A stretch of DNA of 64,000 bases from Myxococcota bacterium (GCA_039028615.1 JBCCHT010000040.1:32001-96000), one strand, 5' to 3'; positions 20,698 to 33,453 are shown, numbered from the stretch's first letter. A program made the numbers and translations. Notes: generated by a model not told the origin, from the letters alone.

Positions 20698-21612
20698 TCA
20701 GTACTCGCCGACGCCGTTGGGGTCCCAGTCTTTGGGGATGGGCTTGCCGTTGCCCCACGTCTTGCCCGGCTCCGTCTGCAGGCCCAGCACGGGCACCGCG
20801 TACTCGAGCACGACCTTGCGCCACAGCTCTTCGCCCGGGTCGCCGCGGCGGCTGCGGGAGGACTGGCGATGGGCATGGATGTACTTGATGGGGCAGCCTT
20901 CCTTGCGCCCCTCTTCCATCAGCAGCTTCACCGCCATGCGGGAGGCCTCGATGACCTTGTCGGTCAGCGGCGTGGGCGGGCGGCCATTGGCGGTGCGGCC
21001 CCCGGCGAGGCCGGCATAGTTGCCGTCGATCTCGAGCCCGAGCGAGCGGCGATTGAGCGAGTTGGCGTGGTAGACGTACCAGCGCAGCGGCGCGGCCAAG
21101 GAGATGAAGCCGTCGTGGAAGGCGAGCGCATGGCAGGCCACCTTGAAGGCACGGCGGGCCAAGGCCATGTCGCGATCACCCCCGGCAGCGGAGATCTGGT
21201 AGCTCTTGACCCCGAACTTCACCGCCGTCTGGTGAATGGTGATCGCGTCGATGCTCGAGGCGCGGCGCTGGACGGTCCGGCCCGCGACGGTCTTGGATTT
21301 CTTGTGCGGGCTGTCGGCCTGTTCGCGTAGATCGTAGACCTTGACGCTGCCGACTCCGGTCGTGCCGCGACTGGACGGTGTCGCTCTCGGAGCGGGCGGT
21401 GGCGTGGCGGGTCGGTCGAGGGCCGTGAGGACTTCGGCGGGCACCCGGGGGTCCCAGTCGATGTTCTGGTCCTTGGCGAAGCGCTGGAGCGCTTCCCAGC
21501 ATTCGTCGCCAAAGTGGCCATCGCTGCCGAATCGCGGCAAGTCGTAGCCGCGACTCATGAGTGCCTTTTGGACTGACTTGACCCTACTGCCCTTGTCTCC
21601 GAACCGGACCAT
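20698..21612 (-). CDS. Peptidoglycan-binding domain plus Amidase_2 N-acetylmuramoyl-L-alanine amidase
   Basis: GDKGSRVKSVQKAL...DGHFG; ITIHQT, SLGLE, HAHRQ and GDPG zinc-amidase motifs; no signal peptide. Confidence 0.88.
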   Translation of the reverse strand: MVRFGDKGSRVKSVQKALMSRGYDLPRFGSDGHFGDECWEALQRFAKDQNIDWDPRVPAEVLTALDRPATPPPAPRATPSSRGTTGVGSVKVYDLREQADSPHKKSKTVAGRTVQRRASSIDAITIHQTAVKFGVKSYQISAAGGDRDMALARRAFKVACHALAFHDGFISLAAPLRWYVYHANSLNRRSLGLEIDGNYAGLAGGRTANGRPPTPLTDKVIEASRMAVKLLMEEGRKEGCPIKYIHAHRQSSRSRRGDPGEELWRKVVLEYAVPVLGLQTEPGKTWGNGKPIPKDWDPNGVGEY

Positions 21613-21699
21613 GCTGTGACCACCCCTTTGCTGCGCCGCGAATCAATCGGCAGCTCAGCATCGCACGCGGTCCTCCCCGTGCTCAACCCGGTGGCGCGT

Positions 21700-23622
21700 T
21701 CAGTATCGAATCTCGGTGCGGAACCACAGGGCGCCAACCGGTCCGCCGGCCTCACCTTGGGCGTTGGCCATGCCGGCTCCCGGGAACAGCACCGCGCCCT
21801 GCAGACCAGCTTGGAGCCACAGGCCGTCCAACTCGAAGCGGCCGCGGAGCCCGAGGTCGAGCTCGGTCCCGTAGTACCGCCGATGTCCGTCGCCCCCGAG
21901 CGACGTGGTTGGCTGACCACCGTTGAGCTGCGCCGCGTAGGGGTCCACGATGGGGTTGGGTGCTGCGGCCACCAGCGGGCCGCCCCAGACCTCGAGCCGC
22001 TCGCGGAAGGCCCAGCGGGCCTTGGGGTGCACATAGAGCGCGTTACTGACCCCGCCACGAGTCGGGATGAACTGGGTGCCGTTGCTCGGCACGCCGGTCA
22101 GGACGGGGTCGTTGGCGAGGATCTCCGAGCGAGCGGTCCGCCAGCCCATCACCTGATTGAACATGATGAGCCCGACGGTGTGGCCCGCATCGAAGGTGAA
22201 GTTGTTGATCGAGCGGTCGTCGGGATTGCCGTCGCCACTGGCGTAGCCGGCATCGAAGCCCGCGAGCCAGTGCTGGTGATCGCCGAGATAGCCTCGCAGC
22301 ACCGCGCCGCCCTGGACCACCGCGTGGTCGCCTCGCTCGTCGCGAGCATTGTCGGTCCGGCCCACGATGAGCGCCCCCTCGAACGCGCCCATGAGCTGGA
22401 AGCCGCTGCGCACCCGGTACAGCCCCTGGCCCGTGAGGTCGAAGGCCCCGACCTCGAGGTCGTCGTCGTCGGGGTACAGGTCGTCGTCGTCGACCGTTCG
22501 CTGGCGCCGGTACACCGCGTAGCCGCCCAGCGAGTTGCCCGGGTGCCGGGAGGAGTCGTGGCGGATCACCAGCAGCGCCTGGCCGGCCAGGTCGCCCCGT
22601 GTCAGCTGCACACGTTCGTCGCGGAACACGAGGTCGCCACCCACCGCGAACACGAGGTCACGCAACCGCCCGCCGCCGGGGGCAAAGGGCTTGGTGGCGA
22701 GCAGCACCCGCTCGTAGATGTCACCCAGGCTGTCGCCGCCGAAGCGCATGTCGCCGAAGCGGTCGACGTTGTTGCCGTCGTTGGCCAGCATGCCCTGGCC
22801 CCACGTGAACGACTGCTGCCCTGCCCGAATGACGATGTAGGGGGTGGTGAAGGTCGCGTACAGCTCGCGAGGATCGAGCAGGAGCTGCTGGGTGTGCCCC
22901 GGGGGTTGGCCAGTGACGATGATCTCGTCGAGGACGGGATCGGTGCTGCCGATGGGGGCCCAGGCGCCATTGATGAAGTCGACGTTGCCGACGACCTCGA
23001 GCCAGTTGGACCACGACAGCTTCGGGTTCCACCGCAGCCGCCCGGTGGTGCGTGCCCCTTCCCGGTACACCTCGCCGGTTCGGTCGAGCGGGAAGTCGGA
23101 GGTCCAGCCGATCTGGTTACGCAGCTGCAGGCCGGGCTGGAAGCGGAGGCGGCCCTTCTCGAGCACCGCGACCTCGTCGGCGGGGTAGCCCCGGATCGCC
23201 GACAGCACCCGCGGCATGGTGCGAATCCCGGGCACGGGCTGGATGGTCATGACGCCGTCCGAAGACTCGGTCGGCTCCGCCTCGGGGGCGGGTGGCTCGA
23301 GCTCGATGCAGCGCGAGCCTTCCGGGCAGTGCTCCAGCCGAGGCGGCGAGTCCATGTCGAGCAGCGGCGGCGCGGGCCGGGGCTCGGGCTCGGGACCATC
23401 GACGGCGGTGGGACCCTCGTAGTCGCGCTGCGGCGAATCGGGCTCGCTCTCGACCGGCGGCTGGGCGGGGGCCTCGGGCTCGGCTTCGGCCACAGACGGG
23501 GCCTGAGCGTCCGTTTGCGGCCCTTCGGCTTCGGGGGCTGGCTCGGCCGCGCTCGCTGGGGGCTCGGAGTCCCCCGTCGGGGGGGCGAGCAGGGCGAGCA
23601 GCAGCAACGGCGAACCCAGCAT
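21700..23622 (-). CDS. Outer-membrane beta-barrel protein (alginate-export/porin-like)
   Basis: Signal peptide, Pro/Glu linker, GYASGD, GTELDL, terminal aromatic residue (EIRY). Confidence 0.7.
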   Translation of the reverse strand: MLGSPLLLLALLAPPTGDSEPPASAAEPAPEAEGPQTDAQAPSVAEAEPEAPAQPPVESEPDSPQRDYEGPTAVDGPEPEPRPAPPLLDMDSPPRLEHCPEGSRCIELEPPAPEAEPTESSDGVMTIQPVPGIRTMPRVLSAIRGYPADEVAVLEKGRLRFQPGLQLRNQIGWTSDFPLDRTGEVYREGARTTGRLRWNPKLSWSNWLEVVGNVDFINGAWAPIGSTDPVLDEIIVTGQPPGHTQQLLLDPRELYATFTTPYIVIRAGQQSFTWGQGMLANDGNNVDRFGDMRFGGDSLGDIYERVLLATKPFAPGGGRLRDLVFAVGGDLVFRDERVQLTRGDLAGQALLVIRHDSSRHPGNSLGGYAVYRRQRTVDDDDLYPDDDDLEVGAFDLTGQGLYRVRSGFQLMGAFEGALIVGRTDNARDERGDHAVVQGGAVLRGYLGDHQHWLAGFDAGYASGDGNPDDRSINNFTFDAGHTVGLIMFNQVMGWRTARSEILANDPVLTGVPSNGTQFIPTRGGVSNALYVHPKARWAFRERLEVWGGPLVAAAPNPIVDPYAAQLNGGQPTTSLGGDGHRRYYGTELDLGLRGRFELDGLWLQAGLQGAVLFPGAGMANAQGEAGGPVGALWFRTEIRY

Positions 23623-23651
23623 CGCCGTCACGCTAACACGGCGCCAGTGTT

Positions 23652-26129
23652 TTAGGTCGATGCGTCGGCCTCGGCTGCACTCGACGACGCGGCCCCTCGC
23701 ACGAGTCGGGACGTGCACAGCGGCAAGATCAGGTAGCACCCTGCCCCGATGAGCAGCGTTACGTTGATGCCCCATGCCATGGAGGAGGTCAGCGCGAGAC
23801 CGCTGGCCACCACGCCGCACGCCCCGTTGATGCCCCACATCCAGGGGCCCAAGGGGGGACGGTCTTCACCACCGAGGCGCTCGACCAGCTGAAGTCCGAG
23901 CGGGAAGCCCAGGCCCAAGCCGAGGGCAGGCACGGCCACGAGCCCGAGTCCCACCAGCACGCGCACCCCGGGGGCGGCGGCCTTGAAGTTGCCCATGAGC
24001 GGGTCGAGCAACGCCGCGGACAGCAGCACCAACGCGGTGGGCAGCAAGGGGTAGAGCCTAGCCACCCACGGGCGCATCAGCGGGATGCGACCGCTGAAGA
24101 GGCTGCCGATGCCAGTAAACAAGATGATCCCGCCCAGCAGCACGGCCAGGGCCAAGGTGGGGTGCCCCAGGAACACGTTGAGCCGCGACAGCAGGCCGAT
24201 CTCCACGAACATGAAGCCCAGGCCGATGAGCGCGAAGTAGGAGCTGGCTGCCGCGACGTCGAGCCCGGCGTAGGGCGACAGGTCGCGCCGCCGCGACCAC
24301 AGGGGCGCGAGCACGGCGATGAGCGTGAGCAGGGCGCTGATGGCCGTGGCGTAGACCAGGGTCTGGGTGGCGTGCAGGTTGCCCAAAAACGCGTAGTCGA
24401 GCTCGTCCACCTCTTCGGGCTGCGACAGCCAGGTGGCGGGCTTGATCATGTTGAAGAAGAACGGGCGCGCGTCGGTGGGCGGGGTGAGATCGAGGGTCTG
24501 GCTCTCGGCCCAGGCCCACATCGCCTTGCGGTCGGGTACCTCGGCCAGCTCCTTGAGCATGGGGTTGAGGGGCACCCGCTTGGGCGACAGCAACATGTTG
24601 AAGCCCCGCTTGACCGCCTCGCGCCGCATCGTCTGGATGTCGGTATTGGTGAACGGCTTGGGCGTGACCAGGATGGTCGCGATGTTGTTGTTCTGCAGCA
24701 TCATGATGTGCTGCCGTGGTTTCTCGACGCCCAGCGACCACAGGGTCTCCATGGCCAGGGCCAGCATGCGCGCGGTCTCGCCGGGCGAGTCGGGCTTGTA
24801 CCAGCGCGAGACGGTGAAGATCCCGGTGGGCGTCAGCCGTCGCAAGAAGATCTGCCAGCCCTGCACCGTGTACAGGCCGTTTTCCGACAGCGAGTATGCG
24901 CCCGCGCCCGTGGAGGCCCAGGTGTCGATGAGCGACATGGTCAGCACGTCGTAGCGCTGCTTGTCGCGAGCGAAGTACGAGCGCGCCTCGTCGTTGACCA
25001 GCTTCACCCCCGGCAGGTCGGCGATGCCCGAGAACTCGCGCATCGGCCCTTCGTGCAGGTCGACGATGAGTGCGTTGAGCTCCAGGCCGATGACGGGGGA
25101 GTGGCCGACCCGGGCGGCTTCGAGCACGTCTCGGCCTCCGCCCACGCCGATCACCGCGGCGGGGCCAGTGGGGCGCAACAGGTGCGCGAAGGAGGTCACG
25201 TCCCACGACAGGTACTCGTGGTCGGCGGCCGAGCCCGGCTGGTCGTCGGTGGGATCGCGATCGAAGCTCGCCATCACCGTGCCCGCGGCCCCGTCGATCT
25301 TCATGCCGCGCTGGGGCAGGGGCTGCAGGACCTCGAGCGGGGTCAGTCGTCCGCCTGCCCACAAAAGCGGGGGCATGGCGATGGTGTGGTCCACCGTGAC
25401 GCGCGAGTAGGTGTTCCAGCCCTTGAACAGGAACTGGGTCGCGGACTCGTCGTCGCCCTTGACCGAGCGCGCGCGCAGCATGGGGCTGTCGATGGTGGCG
25501 TTGACCAGGCCGAGGGCGAGCAGGGCCAGGCCCAGGCCGCCCGCGAGCTTGCGGTGCTTGGGGGCCTCGGCGTCGTCACGGGCGCTGGCGAAGGCGAAGC
25601 CGGCCACGGCGGCGAGGGCCGAGGCGATGAGCACCGCGCTCGGGGCATCGAGCACGTCGAGCAGGGGAATGACCAGGCCGCAGCCCGCCGCCGCCCCGAC
25701 CAGATCGACGCCGTAGACCTTGCCCGGGGGCAGGCCCGCGCGAGTGAGCACGAGGGTCAGCACCACGCCGCTGATGGTGAACGGCACGGCCAGCGCTCCG
25801 CCGTAGCCGAGCATGGACATGAAGCCCTCGGCGGAGGTGATCGGCTGCAGCGGGATCATCAGCGCGACCGCGACCGCCAGCGGTGCGGTCGCGGCCAGGG
25901 CCAGGCAGCCCTGGGTCGCGCGGCGGGGCACCTGCTCGTCGGAGAAGGTCGCCGGGCGCACGAACACGATCACCGCGCCCGCGGTCATGCCCAGCATCGC
26001 CAGCGAGATGACGAAGAAGGCGAGGTGATACCAAGCGACCACGCTGGTGATGCGGGTCAGCAGGATCTCCAGCACCAGGGTGGCCAACGCGACGAGGAAG
26101 ACACCTACATAGGTCTTGCGATGATCCAT
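23652..26129 (-). CDS. Membrane-embedded spermidine-synthase-like SAM-dependent protein
   Basis: N- and C-terminal TM bundles (YGVDLVGAAAG; WMWGING) around VIGVGGGRD...EARSY...SENGLYT. Confidence 0.8.
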   Translation of the reverse strand: MDHRKTYVGVFLVALATLVLEILLTRITSVVAWYHLAFFVISLAMLGMTAGAVIVFVRPATFSDEQVPRRATQGCLALAATAPLAVAVALMIPLQPITSAEGFMSMLGYGGALAVPFTISGVVLTLVLTRAGLPPGKVYGVDLVGAAAGCGLVIPLLDVLDAPSAVLIASALAAVAGFAFASARDDAEAPKHRKLAGGLGLALLALGLVNATIDSPMLRARSVKGDDESATQFLFKGWNTYSRVTVDHTIAMPPLLWAGGRLTPLEVLQPLPQRGMKIDGAAGTVMASFDRDPTDDQPGSAADHEYLSWDVTSFAHLLRPTGPAAVIGVGGGRDVLEAARVGHSPVIGLELNALIVDLHEGPMREFSGIADLPGVKLVNDEARSYFARDKQRYDVLTMSLIDTWASTGAGAYSLSENGLYTVQGWQIFLRRLTPTGIFTVSRWYKPDSPGETARMLALAMETLWSLGVEKPRQHIMMLQNNNIATILVTPKPFTNTDIQTMRREAVKRGFNMLLSPKRVPLNPMLKELAEVPDRKAMWAWAESQTLDLTPPTDARPFFFNMIKPATWLSQPEEVDELDYAFLGNLHATQTLVYATAISALLTLIAVLAPLWSRRRDLSPYAGLDVAAASSYFALIGLGFMFVEIGLLSRLNVFLGHPTLALAVLLGGIILFTGIGSLFSGRIPLMRPWVARLYPLLPTALVLLSAALLDPLMGNFKAAAPGVRVLVGLGLVAVPALGLGLGFPLGLQLVERLGGEDRPPLGPWMWGINGACGVVASGLALTSSMAWGINVTLLIGAGCYLILPLCTSRLVRGAASSSAAEADAST

Positions 26130-26268
26130 GGAGCGACCGGGCCGGAGGATACGGCAACGGCCCGCGCCGTGGCGAATCCGAGCCCGCGCGACAAACGCAG
26201 GCCGTGCACGGCCCGTGGCCGGGGCTCCCGGTCGATCGTTGAAAGATGTCTCGCCGCCGTGATCGACC

Positions 26269-27753
26269 TCAGTACGTGAACAGACAGCGCGTCAGTGGGA
26301 TGCCGACGTCGCGGGTCACGTACAGGTAGTAGTCCTCGCCGGGGGTCAGAGCCGCGGGGGTTCCTTCGGCGGGGAAGCGCTGGCTCATGCCGTTGGGCGC
26401 CTGTCCGTACACGATGTCGCCCGACGCGATCGGGGTGCCGGTCGACGGCACGTCGACGCGCCAGCGGGTGCCCTCAGGCAGGTCGAGGTTGGGGGGCACG
26501 GTGGGATTGGCCGCGCCGGCATCCAGCACGTAGACATAGCGGGCATCGGCGCCCTCCCACGTGATGCGACCGTTGCGATCGACGCCCTCGCCGTTTTCAC
26601 ACGCGCCGGGCTCGTACACCATCTGGTCGTAGAGCGGGCCGCCGAAGGGCGCGTTGTCGGCGAAGCTCTCCTCGGTACGGCCGCGGCGCTCGAGCTCGGC
26701 GATGAAGAAGGCCACCATGCGCTGGGGATCGGTGGTGGGGAAGCCGGAGTGGACGCGGTCGAAGCCGTTGTTGTCCTCGGGGTCGTAGGCCCCGAACGAG
26801 GTGGAGTCGATCCAGCCCGCGCCCAAGGCCAAGCCCGTGTCCTTGAACCCGTTCATGAAGTTGCCGGGCTGGTCCGTGTACCAATTCGAGGGGCCGATGG
26901 GCGTGCCCGACTCGGTGTGGCAGCAGGTGCACGCGCTCGACTCGATCTGGTTGCGGACCCAGGTCAGCTCGGCGACATAGGTCTCGTCCTCGAGGCGCTC
27001 GTCTTCTTGGTCGAAGCCTTCGGCAGGGGGAGCGGGGTAGTAGGGGCGCTGGGTTCGGACGACGTCACACGAGGCGTAGTCGACGAACTTGCGGCCTTCC
27101 TCGGTCGCGCCGGAGATCGACTGCCATGTGCAGACCTGGCCGTCGGGGCCGTTGCCCGGCCCCTCCCCCGCGATGGGGTCCTGGCACTCGAGGGTGGGCT
27201 GGATGAAGACGTTGCCGCTGGGGCCGTCGCCCGGGTCGTCCTCGCAGGCGGGCGACGGGTTCCAGTCACCGCCGCCGAAGTTCTCGCAGCCGAGCTGCTG
27301 GTCGGCGCAGGTGCCCGGGTCGTCGCCGTAGATGTAGATGCTGGTGCGCCGCCCCGCGTCGTCGGTCAGCTCGCAGTTGCCGAGCAGGCCGTCGGGAGCG
27401 CACGGCACGGCCAGCTCCAGGTCGCCGCTCCACTGGTCGCAGTCGGCGGTGACGTCGGCCTCCGTCCAGTCGTCTCCGGTGTACTCGCGACACTCGTCGC
27501 CCTGGGTGAACACGCTCGTGTAGTTGCAGCTCGCGAACACCTCGGCTTGGCCACCATCGTCGCCGCCGCTGCTGTCGTCGGCCGACGCGTCGTCGCCCGA
27601 GGTCTGCTCTTCGCTGCCGTCCGAGTCGGCCTCGGGCGTCGCCGCCGTCTCGTCGCCGCACGCCGCCAAGGTCAGCGAGGTCGCGACCAGGAGCAACGCG
27701 CGTCGGAGGGGTTCGTCGGAACGGGAGAGCAGAGGCAGATTGCGCAGTTTCAT
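26269..27753 (-). CDS. Cys-rich hypothetical lipoprotein with possible heme motif (CTCCH)
   Basis: Lipobox LAAC; acidic linker; many Cys; ACTCCH. Confidence 0.7.
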   Translation of the reverse strand: MKLRNLPLLSRSDEPLRRALLLVATSLTLAACGDETAATPEADSDGSEEQTSGDDASADDSSGGDDGGQAEVFASCNYTSVFTQGDECREYTGDDWTEADVTADCDQWSGDLELAVPCAPDGLLGNCELTDDAGRRTSIYIYGDDPGTCADQQLGCENFGGGDWNPSPACEDDPGDGPSGNVFIQPTLECQDPIAGEGPGNGPDGQVCTWQSISGATEEGRKFVDYASCDVVRTQRPYYPAPPAEGFDQEDERLEDETYVAELTWVRNQIESSACTCCHTESGTPIGPSNWYTDQPGNFMNGFKDTGLALGAGWIDSTSFGAYDPEDNNGFDRVHSGFPTTDPQRMVAFFIAELERRGRTEESFADNAPFGGPLYDQMVYEPGACENGEGVDRNGRITWEGADARYVYVLDAGAANPTVPPNLDLPEGTRWRVDVPSTGTPIASGDIVYGQAPNGMSQRFPAEGTPAALTPGEDYYLYVTRDVGIPLTRCLFTY

Positions 27754-27933
27754 GGCGAGTGAGGGGCCGGAGGACAGCTGCCCGGGTCTGTGCGTGACGT
27801 TTCCCCGACCGGCAACGAAATCACTCGGAGGTCGCCGTATTCGTAGGCTGGCGCCCATTTTCCGCGGCGCTTCGTGAAACGACGCATTCGCGCTGGCGCG
27901 ACGAACGCGAGCCAACGACCTTACAATCGCCGC

Positions 27934-29382
27934 GTGTGGAGACCTCCGCAGCGGATTCGGCACCCCCTTCCTCCTGGTGCCTGGCCCGACGCCGAACGAG
28001 CCGGTGCCTCGCGTTGGTTTTCCCCCGTGACTCTAGGTCCGCTGACCTTGGAGCAGCGCACCTGGGTGCCGGCCATGGTGCCCTGGCGCGCGACCGAGGG
28101 CGGACTGGTCACCCCCGACGTGTTGGACTGGTACGCCCGATTCGCGCGCGGTCGACCGGGCGCGATCGTGGTCGAAGCCACGGGGATCCGCGACATCCCC
28201 AGCGGGCCGCTGCTGCGGATCGGCCACGAGCGCTTCTTGCCCGGCCTGCGCGATCTGGTGCGGGTGGTGCAGGAGGCGAGCGAGGGCCACACGCGGCTGC
28301 TGATTCAGATCATCGACTTTCTACGGATCCGTCGGCGCCCCGAGCCCGAGAAGTTCCTGCGGCGTTTTCTGGCGATCACCGACCGCCATCGGGCGGCGCT
28401 GCCCAAGGCGGGCGATGACGATGCCATCCGCGACGCGCTGGTGGCCATGTCCGACGACGAGCGGGCCGAGGTCCTCGATGAGCGCGAGCTCCAGGCGCTG
28501 CGCTACGGCGCGCGCGAGCGGGTGACCGACCTGCAGCATCCGCACATCCGGGACCTCCCCGCGGTCTTGCCCGACCTGTTCGCGAAGGCGGCCGGCCGGG
28601 CCCGCGAGGCGGGCTTCGACGGGGTCGAGCTGCACTACGCCCACGCCTACACGATGGCGTCGTTCCTCTCGCGTCGAAACACGCGCGACGACGGCTACGG
28701 CGGGCCGCGAGAGCAGCGGGCCCGCCTGCCGCTGGAGGTCTACGAGCGCGTCCGGGCCGAGGTCGGCGACGACTACTGCGTGGGCTGTCGCTACTTGGGC
28801 GACGAGGCGATCGACGGCGGCACCGGGCCCGACGACGCGGCGTACTTCGGTGAGCGCTTCGCGGCGGCGGGCATGGATTTCCTGTCGCTGTCCCGCGGCG
28901 GCAAGTTCGAGGATGCGCTCCAGCCCAAGGTGGGGTGGTCGGCCTACCCGTATACCGGTCCGAGCGGCTACGAGTGCATGCCCACCGTGCATTCGGACGA
29001 GCGCGGGCCCTTCGGGCGCAACGTGTCCACGGCGACGATGATCCGCGAACGGATCCGCGCCGCGGGACACGAGACACCCGTGGTCGTGGCGGGCGGCATC
29101 TGTGCCTTCGAGCAAGCAGAGGCGCTGCTCGAGCAGGGCCAGGCCGACGTGGTGGGCGCGGCCCGGCAGACCCTGGCCGACCCCGATTGGTTCCGCAAGG
29201 TGCACCTGGGGCGCGGCGAGCAGGTGCGGCGCTGCAAGTACACCAACTACTGCGAGGCGCTCGACCAAAAGCACAAGCAGGTCACCTGCCAGCTGTGGGA
29301 TCGCGAAGCGCTGGACGAGCCCGACGTACCGCTGGCCCAAGACGGCCGACGCCGCCTGATCGCGCCGCGATGGGACGAGTGA
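27934..29382 (+). CDS. NADH:flavin oxidoreductase (Old Yellow Enzyme family) with C-terminal Cys cluster
   Basis: AGFDGVELHYAHAY, NTRDDGYGG, ARQTLADPDW and CKYTNYC...C; start supported by TACAAT-N6-GTG. Confidence 0.88.
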   Translation: MWRPPQRIRHPLPPGAWPDAERAGASRWFSPVTLGPLTLEQRTWVPAMVPWRATEGGLVTPDVLDWYARFARGRPGAIVVEATGIRDIPSGPLLRIGHERFLPGLRDLVRVVQEASEGHTRLLIQIIDFLRIRRRPEPEKFLRRFLAITDRHRAALPKAGDDDAIRDALVAMSDDERAEVLDERELQALRYGARERVTDLQHPHIRDLPAVLPDLFAKAAGRAREAGFDGVELHYAHAYTMASFLSRRNTRDDGYGGPREQRARLPLEVYERVRAEVGDDYCVGCRYLGDEAIDGGTGPDDAAYFGERFAAAGMDFLSLSRGGKFEDALQPKVGWSAYPYTGPSGYECMPTVHSDERGPFGRNVSTATMIRERIRAAGHETPVVVAGGICAFEQAEALLEQGQADVVGAARQTLADPDWFRKVHLGRGEQVRRCKYTNYCEALDQKHKQVTCQLWDREALDEPDVPLAQDGRRRLIAPRWDE

Positions 29383-29386
29383 GTCG

Positions 29387-30046
29387 GTGAGCGGGCGCGT
29401 GCTCGTCATGGGGGTCGTGGTCGGGTGCACGGTGGCGTGCGCCGGGTCGGGAGGCTCGCGAGGTAGCCGTGAACCCGCCTTCGAGGAGGGCGAGTGCCTG
29501 GCGAGCTTCGAGGTGGAGCACGAGCACTCGCCGCTGGTCGAGCAGGGCGAGCTGGGCATGCCCGCGGCCGGCTTCCAGGTTCGGTTTCCCGCGGCGGAGA
29601 TCGACGGGCAGGCGCAGCGCCCGGTCACGGCGGTGTCCCGCGCGACGCTGGAGGGGCAACCCGTGGTGTGGTTCTCGCCGCAGATCGACGCGGTGGTGCT
29701 CGACGCCCGGGCCTTTGCTCCGCTGCACGGGGTCGACCCGACGCGGAGCCCGGTGGGGCAGGCGTTTCGCGTCGGTCGGGTCACGGCGGCCGCTCGCGAA
29801 GCCTTCGGGGAGCGGGGCCTGACCGAGCTGTTGGTGCGCAGCGGGGTGATCCAGACCTACTGGTACTCGGGCGCCGCGCTGTGTCTGGCCGCCGAGGACT
29901 CCTCGACTCCAGACTATCGCGCGAAGTGGCACGGGGTTCATCGCGGTGCGCCTCGCAAGGCTGACGCGGAGCCCTTCGCCTTCGGCGTGACCATCGACGA
30001 TGCGGGCATCATTCATGTCACCCGCGGGGGCGTGCCCAACCCGTGA
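29387..30046 (+). CDS. Hypothetical lipoprotein
   Basis: Lipobox-like TVAC; stop overlaps the next start (GTGA). Confidence 0.6.
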   Translation: MSGRVLVMGVVVGCTVACAGSGGSRGSREPAFEEGECLASFEVEHEHSPLVEQGELGMPAAGFQVRFPAAEIDGQAQRPVTAVSRATLEGQPVVWFSPQIDAVVLDARAFAPLHGVDPTRSPVGQAFRVGRVTAAAREAFGERGLTELLVRSGVIQTYWYSGAALCLAAEDSSTPDYRAKWHGVHRGAPRKADAEPFAFGVTIDDAGIIHVTRGGVPNP

Positions 30047-31447
30047 AGACCGTCGAGCGAGCTGCCTACGGTGACTTCCAGACCCCGCTGAGCTTGGCGC
30101 GGCAGGTCTGTGCGCAGCTGGCCGCCGCGGGGCACGAGCCGAAGACGGTGGTCGAGCCCACCTGTGGTGTGGGGGCGTTCCTGTTGGCGGCGGCGGAGTC
30201 GTTCCCGTCTGCGCAGCGGTGGGGGCAAGACATCAACCCCGACTACGTGGCGCAGGCCCGGGCCTCGCTTTTGTCGGCGGGCCACGAGGCGACGATCGAA
30301 CGCGGCGATTTTTTCCAGACCGACTGGGCGCAACGGCTCGCGGAGTGGTCGGATCCGGTGCTGGTGCTCGGCAACCCGCCATGGGTCACCAGTGCGGACC
30401 TCGGGGGCCTCGGCGTCGACAACCTCCCGGCCAAGACCAACGCTCAGGGGCTGGCTGGGCTCGCGGCGAAGACGGGCAAGGCCAACTTCGACATCTCGGA
30501 GTGGATGCTGACGCAATGGCTCGAGCTGGGGCAGTCGCGGCCCCTCGACGTGGCGATGCTGGTGAAGACCGCGGTGGCGCGTCGCGTGCTCGAGTCGGCG
30601 CATCGCCGAGGCCTGTCCCTGCACGGGGCCACGCTGCACCGGATCGACGCGCGGGCCAGCTTCGGCGCCGCTGTCGATGCCGGGCTCTTTCGCTTCTCCA
30701 CCGCGCGGTCCGCCTCGATCGCGTGTCCGGTCTTCGCCGAGCTGGACACGACCCAGCCCGAGGCCGAGCTGGCCATCCGAGACGGACGCCTGATCGCCGA
30801 CGCTCACGCCTACGACCAGGCCCAACCCGTGCTAGGGCAGGCCGATCCTCCCTGGCGCTCGGGCATCAAGCACGATTGCTCGCGGGTCATGGAGCTGCGG
30901 CGCGAGGGCGAGGGGCTCGTCAACGGTACGGGCCAGGGAGTCGAGATCGAGGCCGAGCACTGCTTCCCGCTGCTCAAGAGCTCCGATCTCCGGGGCGAGG
31001 ACGACCCGCCCGTGCGGCGCTGGCTCGTGCTCCCCCAGCTTCGGTTCGGCGAGGACACGGCCACCCTGGCCGAGCGGGCGCCCCAGACCTGGCAGTACCT
31101 GCTCGAGCACGGCGACGCGCTCGACGGACGGCGCAGCTCCATCTATCGCAACCAGCCTCGCTTCGCGGTCTTCGGCCTCGGCCCCTACTCGTTCAAGCGC
31201 TGGAAGATCGCGATCTCCGGCCTCGTCAAGCGCTCCGCCTTCACCCTGGTCGGCCCCCGCGAGGACCAACCGGTCATGCTCGACGACACCTGCTACTTCA
31301 TCGGCTTCGACGAAGAGGCGCAGGCCCGCGACGCCCTGGCGCGGCTACGCTCGGCGCCGGCTCAGGCCGTGCTGCGAGCCCTGGTCTTCCGGGACGCCAA
31401 GCGACCGGTGACCAAGGACGTGCTCGACCGCATCGACCTGGCCAAGA

Positions 31448-31461
<14 letters not shown>
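30043..31461 (+). CDS. N6-adenine DNA methyltransferase (gamma-type motif order)
   Basis: GDFQTP (motif X), VEPTCGVGAF (motif I), GNPPW (motif IV), C-terminal TRD-like region. Confidence 0.85.
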
Positions 31462-33283
<1,822 letters not shown>

Positions 33284-33453
33284 CTCTACGAACCCCCGAC
33301 ACCAGGGGGACGTCACACGCACGAAGGGATGAAACTTTCTTTCCGTAGCGTGCGCGTTTGTTTCCCCCGTTGCGCGCTGGCCCGAATTGAAGCGACCCCG
33401 AGTCGCGGCCGTTGCGGGCGCGAACACGGGGTCGCGGGTAGGCTCGTCGAGCT

